Shown in pieces: positions 55,545-64,000 of a DNA stretch of 64,000 bases. The stretch comes from the human T2T-CHM13v2.0 reference genome, Homo sapiens. Location: NCBI RefSeq assembly GCF_009914755.1, contig NC_060927.1, one strand, 5' to 3'. The notes beneath the pieces were generated by a model. It saw nothing but the letters and a program-made list of their open reading frames with translations. It made no database searches and was not told the DNA's origin. Within the stretch, counting starts at the first letter, position 1, and each line of letters opens with the position of its first letter. A program made the translations under genes and the position numbers.

Positions 55545-56530
55545 ATCCCAATTTGTTTGGTGTAATTTAACTATTTCAGCCAATTGTTCATCCAATCCAT
55601 TGAGGAAAATTGAATTTAGTAAGGAATTGTTCTGATGATCCCTAGACTTTCCTCATTCATTCCTGAATATTGTTTAAATACCTTTCCAAATCTTTTGAAA
55701 TAGTCCAACACCATTTCATTTGGCTTTTTCCTACACTGTTGGACCTTATGCCAGTCAGTGGTCTTAGGAAATATCTGAGGAATTACTTGTGCTAAACGAT
55801 TTCCTAATTCTCAAGTGTTCTCTATGTCTTTGGCTGTTTGCCTATGAAAGTCTGTTAGTGGATCTTTCCAGTCAACCTTTGATATCCATTCCTTTGCTTT
55901 TCTTTCAGGTACCAACATGTGAACCAACTGACACATATCTGAATAGCCAGGTTCATAAATTCTTACAGTTAGACTAAACCTGAGTAGGATCTGGAGTTGT
56001 TTTAGTCAGAGGTCTAAGTTCTCTGATAGTCTAGGGAGTATACACTACTGCAGGTTATTTCATTGGATTAGACTTTTCTCCAAAGGGTTCTGTTAAAACT
56101 TCTGTAGCTAATGGGGAAGGGAATAAAGGAGCATCTGAGAAAGGCAGTTCTGGGAGCAAAGGATAAGAGGGTTTTGGAGGAGCAGTAGCAGAAGGAGTGG
56201 TAGGAGGAGGAGATGAGACAGTGGAGACTTCTGACAATTTCTCCAGTTGAGAAATGATTGCGGATATTGTGGTTTACCTCCTGTATGAAAGCAATTTTAT
56301 CATTCTCCTGTTTAAAGCATTCTAAATGCCATTTGAAATAACTATCGTATTCTTTCTGCTTAATTCTTGAGTTGGCGCTTTTCAATTGTGCATGTAAATA
56401 AACCAGTTTTGGGATCTTGAATCATCCCCATTTTGGCAAAATTAAATGAATTTCATTCTCAGTATTGTTGGTCCAATTAATGAAAAATTTACAAGATATG
56501 GTACCATGACTTTTAGTAATAAATTCACCT
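55545..56530 (-). pseudogene. ERV gag remnant
   Basis: MA-like PKWG..IPKLVYLHAQLES (~56375-56440), Pro-rich PSATAPPKPSYPLLPEL (56055-56237 ORF), MHR-like DWHKVQQCRKKPNEMVLDYFKRF (~55690-55757). Confidence 0.75.
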
Positions 56531-57300
56531 GCTGTCTTGGGAGGTGAGGTCCTCCTTCAATTTTAAATGTCTTATTTCCTGTGGTTCTCATTCTTCCTTC
56601 CTTCCTTTGCACCAAACTAAGTATGTGTTTATGGTTGAAGCTGTGCTGCCTGTGATCATCAGTCCTAAGGCTCTCACCCCCAAGTTGATCAGCCCTCTTG
56701 CATGTCTTGGGAAGGCTCACCTGCCAATGAAGACAGTGAAGGTGCTCCAAATGCTAGGCGACCAACCCTTTATGAGCATCACTTGGAGACATGTCAGCAT
56801 GTTAATGTCCTTCTACTTACGATGGAACCCTATAGGACTGCCGCAGGTCAGCAGGGGTCCCCTCCAGCACCTCCACAAGATTCTTAGCCATCTACAAACA
56901 CCCGAGATTCAGGCTATCAGGATCAATGTGGCAGACAACAGGGGTTTGGAAAGTGAAACATTTAGTGATCAAAGAAACCACCACTCTAACCATAGCCATG
57001 CTTGGTCAACCTTCCTTTTTCTTTCCTTTCTTCCTAGCAATTTAGAACAAAGCAGTAACAACCCTAAGAAGAATTTAGCAAACCCAGGATATAACTGCTC
57101 CTTTTAGTGGCCCTAAAAACAGCTCAGAATAAAGTAAATCTTGACCTCTACTGAAAAAAGCAAGGTCTGAATCCCAGGCAACTCACCATATACACCTAGT
57201 GGCTTCCTGGAGAGAATTGGTTAGAACACATTGGGTTTGTTCTGGTACCAAGCTCCAAGCCCAAGAGAACAAGTCCTCCGTGTCCATGGATCTTGCTGGA

Positions 57301-57318
57301 ATCCCACTGACTACTCCA
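57301..57318 (-). other. Primer-binding site, tRNA-Ser-like
   Basis: Minus strand TGGAGTAGTCAGTGGGAT, 2 nt from the 5' LTR end. Matches 14/18 of TGGCGTAGTCGGCAGGAT, the complement of the tRNA-Ser 3' end as I recall it. Confidence 0.7.
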
Positions 57319-58233
57319 TCTGTTGACCAAAAGGCTGTATAACAGGCACTAACTTAAATTTAAAGTGAGTTTTATTCAGAGCCAAGCTTAAGGACTAGTA
57401 GCCTGGAACGCAGACTCTGTGCAAACTGAGAATGTATCCCTGAGTAGGCCACACAAGACACAGCAGTTACATGTACTGTTACATAGAAATGGGAGAAGCA
57501 GATAGTGAAGCAAAGGTAACATTTTTACAACCTTGATTGGTGCTCAGTGACATTGTACGTAAGAGAAAGGAGAAATATGCTAACATATATAGGGTAAAAG
57601 GTTAACGAGCATTTTGATGTCTTTCTGTCTGGTGAAGGATGATTGATTCTACTCTGCTTTTGTGCTTCATTTGATAGTCAAGATTGTAACCAGTACATGT
57701 CAGTGAACTATCTGACGGACTCCAGCCTTGCAGGCAGGAATTCCTTTTTAGCTGATAGGCCTACTTTCATTACCCATATGCCCAACCTGCAGCCATGTTG
57801 GGCCTCTTCTAAAATTTTTCCTTCAGATTTTCCTTTTTCTGACAGTGTCAAGGAGAAAAAAATAATGATCATAGGAGTGGAGTATGAATCATCAGCAGAA
57901 GTGGTAGTTTGTAAAGTCAGATTACTCAGGGAAGTTCTCCAGAGAAGGTGACACTTTAACTCTTGAAGGGAGTGAGGGCCAGCCATGAAAGCATTGCAGG
58001 GAGAGTGTTCTAAGCAGAGGGAGTGGCGAGTGCACAGGCAGGTATGGGGCTTTGTGTGTGGGCAAAACCCCAGAGGACCATGTGACTGGCACAGGGCAAG
58101 CAAGTGCATGCAGCTGGAGATGATGTCAGCAAGTTTACAAGGTTAAAGCCAGGAAAGCCTTTGACTTTGTCTCTGAGTTGAGTTTGGAGCAGAGGAATGA
58201 TATGGCCTGGTGTGTGTTATAAGAGCTTCCCTT

Positions 58234-58865
58234 TGTTACTTCAGCTCAGATCCATGTTCTTGGCTCTCTTGTAAACATAACACCAGGCCAAACATAATTT
58301 TTTCCCAGGCAAGGTATAATAGGCTTGCTGCTCAAGTAATTGCAAGCGAGCTGTGTAAGGGAAAGAGATCCCAGTGCTAGTTCCCGGATGGGCTTGGCCC
58401 TTGTCATTTTAAGGAAGTTGAGGTGGAATAAGACATGAAGTAACAAGTCTAACATGCATTGCATGAAGGAAATGGCAGATGAGCTTGCTTTGGGTGGAGA
58501 TTTTAATATTATAATGCAATTATAATGAAGAAAAAGTTACTGAAAGGTCAGCTCTGAAGTTCTTCTTGTCCTCAGGCATCTGGATCTGATCAGTTTCTTA
58601 TCAGGAATGCCAGTCTTGCTTCAGTGACTTTGGAAGGCATCACTCAAAGAGGTAAATGGTTAGGTTCCTTCTTTTACAGTTAGGAATTCAGCCTGGTCAG
58701 CTAAGTTAGGAGAGGACTGTCTTCCTGCTACGTAACTTGTGTCACCATGTGAAGGGAGGAAAAAAGGTAGGGGAGGAAATATACCCAGACATGTAATGTC
58801 CATCAAGACTTTGGTTACTGTGTCACTTGTCTGCCAGGATGGAGTCTCTTCCCTATGCTGCGTCA
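58234..58865 (-). mobile_element. Unclassified ERV solo LTR
   Basis: A block bounded by TGTTAC...GCGTCA cleanly interrupts L2. LTR-like GACTCCATCC lies near the minus-strand 5' end. Confidence 0.5.
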
Positions 58866-59321
58866 ACTCTGATCTCTATTGAGGGGCTACTATAGAGGAA
58901 TGGGACAGAATCCAGGAGACCTGCTTGACATAGGCAAGACAATGGTGGTTTGTACCAGGTAGTTGCAATTAAGGTGGTGAAAAGCATTCAGATACTGAAT
59001 ATATTTGAAAGGTTTAGTGGAAAGGGTTTTTGAACTGATGAATTAGATATGTTGATGAAAAGAGTCCAAACTCCATAAAATATTTGAAGATATTTATACT
59101 GAGCCAAATATGAGTTACCATGGCCCATGACAAAGCCCTTAGGAGGTCCTGAGAACATGTGCTCAAAGTGGTTGGAGTGCAGCCTGGTTTTATACATTTT
59201 AGGGAGATATGCAACTTCAGATACATTTAAGAAATACATTGGTTTGGTTCAGAAAGGAGGGACAACTTTAAGTGGGGATGGGAGTGTGGTTCCAGCTTAT
59301 AGGTAGTTTTAAAAACTTTCC

Positions 59322-61871
59322 GGGTCAGGCATGATGGCTCAAGCCTGTAATCCCAGGGCTTTGGGAGGCTAAGGCATGTGGATCACCTGAGGTCAGGAGT
59401 TTGAGCCTAGCTTGACCAACATGGCTGTATTAGTCCATTTTCATCCTGCTGATAAAGACATACCTGAGACTGGGAAGAAAAAAGGTTTTATGGACTTACA
59501 GTTCCACATGGCTTGGGATGCCTCACAATCATGGTGGAAGATGAAAGGCACGTCTCACATGGCGGCAGATGAGAAGAGAGAGCTTGTGCAGGGAAACTCC
59601 CCCTTACATAGTCATCAGATCTCACGAGACTTATTCACTATCACAAGAACAGCACAGGAAAGACCTGCCCCCATGATTCAATTACCTTCCACCAGGTCCC
59701 TCCCACAACATGTGGGAATTCAAGATAATCTTTGGGTAGGGACACAGCCAAAGAATATCATTCCACCTCTGGTCCTTCCCAAATCTCATGTTCTCACATT
59801 TCAAAACCAATCATGCCTTCTCAACAGTCCCCCAAAGTCTTAACTAATTTCAGCACTAACTCAAAAGTCCATAGTCCAAAGTCTCATCCAAGACTAGGTA
59901 AGTCTCTTCTGTTTATGAGTCTATAAAATCAAAAGCAAGTTAGTTACTTCCTAGATACAATGGGGGTACAGGCATTGGGTAAATACACCCATTCCAAATG
60001 GGAGAAATTGGCCAAAACAAAAAGGCTGCAGGACCCATGCAAGTTCAAAATCCAGCGGGGCAGTCAAATCTTATAGCTCCAAAATAATTTCCTTTGACTC
60101 CATGTCTCACGTCCAGGTCATGCTGATGCAAGAGGTGGGCTTCCACAGCTTTGGGCAGCTACGCCCCTGTGGCTTTGCAGAGTACGGCTCCCTCCTGACT
60201 GCTTTCATGGGCTGGCATTGAGTGTCTGTGGCTTTTCCAGGCACACAGTGCAAGCTGTTAATGGATCTATCATTCTGGGGTCTGGAGGACAGTGGCCCTT
60301 TTCTTACAGGCTCACTAGGTGATGCCCCAGTAGGGACTTTGTGTGAGGGCTCTGACCCCACATTTCCCTTCTGCACTGCCCAAGCAGAGGTTCTCCATGA
60401 GAGTCCTGCCCATGCAGCAAACTCCTGCCTGGACATCCACGCATTTCCATACATCTGAAATCTAGGAAGAGGTTCCCAAAACTCAATTATTGACTTCTGT
60501 ACACTCACAGGCTCAACACCACATGGAAGCTGCCAAGGCTTGGGACTTGCACCCTCTGAAGCCACAGCTTGAGCTGCACCTTGACTCCTTTTAGTGATGG
60601 CTGGAGCAGCTGGGATGCAGGAAACCAAGTCCCTAGACTGTACACAGCACAGGGACCCTGGGCCTGACCCATGAAACCATTTTTTCCTCCTAGGCCTCCA
60701 GGCCTTTGATGAGAGGGGCTGCCATGAAGACCTTTGACATGCCCTGGAGACATTTTCCCCATTGTCTTGTGTATTAACATTCAGCTCCTCTTTACTTATG
60801 CAAATTTCTGCAGCCAGTTCAAATTTCTCCTCAGAAAATGGAATTTTCTTTTCTATGACATTGTCAGGCTGCAAATGTTCTGAACTTTTATGTTCTGCTT
60901 CCCATGTAAAACTGAATGCCTTTAACACACCCAAGTCACCTCTTAAATGCTTTGCTGCTTAGAAATTTCTTATGCCAGGTACCCTAAGTCATCTCTCTCA
61001 AGTTCGGAGTTCCACGATTTTCTAGGGCAGGGGCAAAATGCTGCCAGTCTCTTTGCTAAAACATAACAAGAGTCACCTTTGCTCTGGTTCCCAAGAAGTT
61101 CCTCATCTCTATCTGAGACCACCTCAGCCTGGACCTTGATCATATCCCGATCAGCATTTTTGTCAAAGGCATTCAACAAGTCTCTAGGAAGTTCCAAACT
61201 TTCCCATATTTTCCTGTATTCTTCTGAGCCCTCCGAACTGTTCCATCCTCTGCCTGTTACCCAGTTCCAAAGTCGCTTCCACATTTCCAGGTATCTTTTC
61301 AGCAACACCCCACTCCTGGTACCAAATTACTGTATTAGTTCATTTTCATGCTGCTGATAAAGACATACCTGAGACTGGGAAGAAAAAAGGTTTAATGGAC
61401 TTACCGTTCCATGTGGCTGGGGATGTTACAATCATGACAGAAGGTGAAAGGCATGTCTCACATGGTGGCAGACTAGAGGATAGAGCTTATCCAGGGAAAC
61501 TCCCCCTTATATAATCATCAGATCTTATGAAACTTATTCACTGCCACAATAACAGCACAGGAAAGACCTGCCCCCATGATTCAATTACCTCCCACAAGGT
61601 CCCTCCCACAATACTTGAGAATTCAAGATGAGATTTGGGTGGGGACACAGCCAAACCATATCAATGGAAATACCCTGTCTCTCCTAAAAATACAAAAATT
61701 ATCTGGACATAATGGCACACACCTGTAGTCCCAGCTACTTAGGGGGCTGAAGCAGGAGATTCTCTTGAACCTGGGAGGCAGAGGTTGCAGTAAGCTGAGA
61801 CCACACCACTGCACTCCAGCCTGGGTGACAGAGTGAGACTCTGTCTTAAAAGAAAATAGTAATAATAATAA
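59322..61871 (+). mobile_element. AluS (Sx/Sz-like) split by THE1 (arms 59322-59425 and 61664-61871)
   Basis: GGATCACCTGAGGTCAGGAG...ACCAACATGG | AAATACCCTGTCTCT...CTAAAAATACAAAAATTA...A-tail. Confidence 0.9.
59426..61663 (-). mobile_element. Full-length THE1 (THE1A/B) MaLR element
   Basis: LTRs 59426-59760 and 61331-61663, with ~1.57 kb THE1-int. 5-bp TSD ATGGC/ATGGA. Internal ORF remnants at 60107-60934 and 60970-61308. Confidence 0.93.
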
Positions 61872-62254
61872 TTTGCTGGTTGACAATTGGTTGAGTTTAC
61901 CTAAAGTACTGGGATCAATAGAAAGGAAATGTCTGGGTCAAGATAAAGGATTGTGGAGACCAAAGTTCTTATTTGCAGAGGAAGCCTTTACATAATAGGC
62001 TTCTGAGAGAATATATTGTAAAATGTTTCTTATCAGACTTACAGTCTGTGTTATGTTAATGCCACAGAGGTAAAATGAGGCATGTGCAACCCCCATTTCC
62101 CATCATGTCATGGCTGGAAACAGTTTCTCAGGTTAAATTTTAATAGATCCCTGGCTGACAAGGAAGTCCATTCAGATGGTTGGGAGTCCTTAGAATTTTG
62201 ATTTTGGTCTATAGATAAGCAGTAAGATAGAAAGAGAATAGTTTAGGATTAATC

Positions 62255-62870
62255 TGTTGGGGTTCAGAAAATGATTCCCCAAAGTATGCCACTTGGGCTG
62301 AGTACTTCTGAAAACTGTAAGGCCTCAGAAATAAGCCTCAGAATCAAGGTCCCTCTAACCTTGTCTTGTTGTTCCTCCTCACCCCCATGCACAAGGAGGG
62401 ACTCTTTCTAAAATTTTCTTATATGACCAAGAAAGCTTATTACCAAAAGAAACACAATTTCCTTCCATTCACTCCCTGTTACTTCATTATCTATTGCAGA
62501 AAAGAGGATTGAATTCTTCAATCACACCTGGATGGACTTTTCCACAAGATAATGCCTGCATGTCAGGCTCATTCAAATTCCAAAGAGAGTCATTTGTAAG
62601 TTAATTTTTGTCTCCCTGGTCCATTCATTCTCCCTAATAATCAGTTACTGCCCCTCAAAAGAATTGTCTATATTCCCCTCTCCTCCCTCCCCTATGAAAA
62701 AGGTATATAAGCTTCTGTACTCCACTGGGGCTTAGGGAAATCACTCTGTCATTCTCCCTCACACACACTAAAAAAATTGTATGCCATTTCTTCTGTTAAT
62801 CTCCTTTTGTCAGTTGATTTTTCAGCAAACTTTCAGAGGATATAGGAGAAGTTTTTCTTTGGCCCCTACA
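62255..62870 (+). mobile_element. MER39/MER34-group ERV1 solo LTR
   Basis: TGTTGGGGTTCAGAAAATGATTCCCCAAA ... TTTTCAGCAAACTTTCAGAG ... GGCCCCTACA. Confidence 0.75.
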
Positions 62871-62983
62871 GATTCAAGTGTTTTAGCCTGAACCAACAGC
62901 TAGAAGGATAGAATTGGTATTAACTGAGATGCAGAAGACTGTAAGAGGAATACATTTTTGGTTTTTTTTGGAGCTTACAAAAG

Positions 62984-63848
62984 TGTAAACAAAAAATAAC
63001 ATTCTAAGCCCCCAACAGATCAAATGGACCCTTCTCTGGGGCAAGAACATTTTAAAGTAAACTGAAAAACTAGTTCAGGCCATGGTGGGAGGTGGGGGGT
63101 TGGACATCGCTCATATATCCTCCTCCCTTTGGAATTCGGGCGCAACTGACCAACATTAATATTAAAACAGAGATCTTAACACTGACCAAATAGACTCTTT
63201 GTGGCAATGTGATACACAAAATGGCAGGTAGTATTCCCTGAATGAAATTGAAGTATTTTATCCTGAAATATATTTCTTTGATGTATTTTAAAATGGCCCT
63301 GCAAAGTTGTCATTTTTCCAGAAAATCTACTTTCTGTAGAGAATATGCTTCCCTTTCCAGGTATTTTCCTGATCAAGGAGAGACTAAGAATCCGGCACCA
63401 ATTTAATGTCTGATAACTAACATCTACCATCTATTCTTTCTGAAGCCTGCTACGTGGAGGCTTCATCTGCAAAAATAAGAACCTTGGTCTTCATAACCCT
63501 TTATCTTAACCCAGACATCCCTTTCTATTAATTCCAAATCTTTAGACAATAAGCTAACTCCTTCAACCAATTGCCAATCAGAAAATCTCTGAATTCACCC
63601 AGGACTTGGAAGCCCTGGCTGCAAGTTGTCCTGCCTTTCTGGATTCAGCCAGTCTATACGTTTCATGTATTGCATGATGTCTGCTTGTAACTTACATCCC
63701 CTTAAAATGTATGTAATCAAGTTGTAATCCAACCCTCTTGGACACATATCCTCAGGATTTTCTGAGGCTGTGTTATGGGCATGTTCTTAACCTTGACAAC
63801 ATAAATTTCTAAATTGATTGAGGCTGTCTCAGATAATTGTGGTTTACA
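62984..63848 (+). mobile_element. MER4D/E-type ERV1 solo LTR
   Basis: TGTAAACAAAAAATAACATTCTAAGCCCCC ... GAAAAACTAGTTCAGGCCATG ... CTAAATTGATTGAG ... GGTTTACA. Confidence 0.85.
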
Positions 63849-64000
63849 GGAGGGAAGAGTAAAGGGAAATAAAGAGCCCAATTCTATACATTTTGGATTT
63901 GAGATGTTTGTTAGACATCCAAATGTACATGTATGTCAAGTAGGTAATTGGATATATACTTCTGAAGCTAAGAGAATGCACCTGAGCTGGAGAAAACAGG

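Larger units (their letters stand above)
59050..62213 (-). mobile_element. MER4 (MER4B-like) solo LTR, split by Alu/THE1
   Basis: TGTTGATGAAAAGAGTCCAAACT...GGAGGTCCTGAGAACATGTGC. Resumes at ~61875 (TTGACAATTGGTTGAG) through GGAAGTCCATTCAGATGGTTGGG. Confidence 0.85.

Noticed and set aside
56544-57107. 187-aa + strand ORF
   Set aside because: It is antisense to the proviral leader, has no recognisable motif, and appears to start at a non-ATG codon.

Overview
This is primate (hominoid, probably human) genomic DNA, AT-rich and dominated by interspersed repeats. I found no host protein-coding exon, RNA gene or CpG-island promoter. Main contents: (1) the 3' end of a MER4-group ERV with its LTR (1-1579); (2) a full-length but inactivated L1PA3-type LINE-1 on the minus strand (15655-21826) with a 15-bp TSD, a retained ZNF93-binding 5'UTR segment and an open, extended antisense ORF0; (3) an old L1MA inserted in a MIR, with a diverged local duplication of the junction (30127-32775); (4) a dense LTR cluster at 46.7-64 kb. 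Within that cluster, one minus-strand L2 is split by a ~7.6-kb decayed class I provirus (tRNA-Ser-like PBS, gag MHR, YVDD RT, RNase H, integrase, no recognisable env), several solo LTRs, and a four-layer nest L2 > MER4 > AluS > THE1. Repeat family names come from my recall of consensus sequences, not a database search, and boundaries of old repeats are approximate. I found no convincing evidence of a previously undescribed biological system. The findings are locus-level retroelement oddities and regulatory hypotheses.
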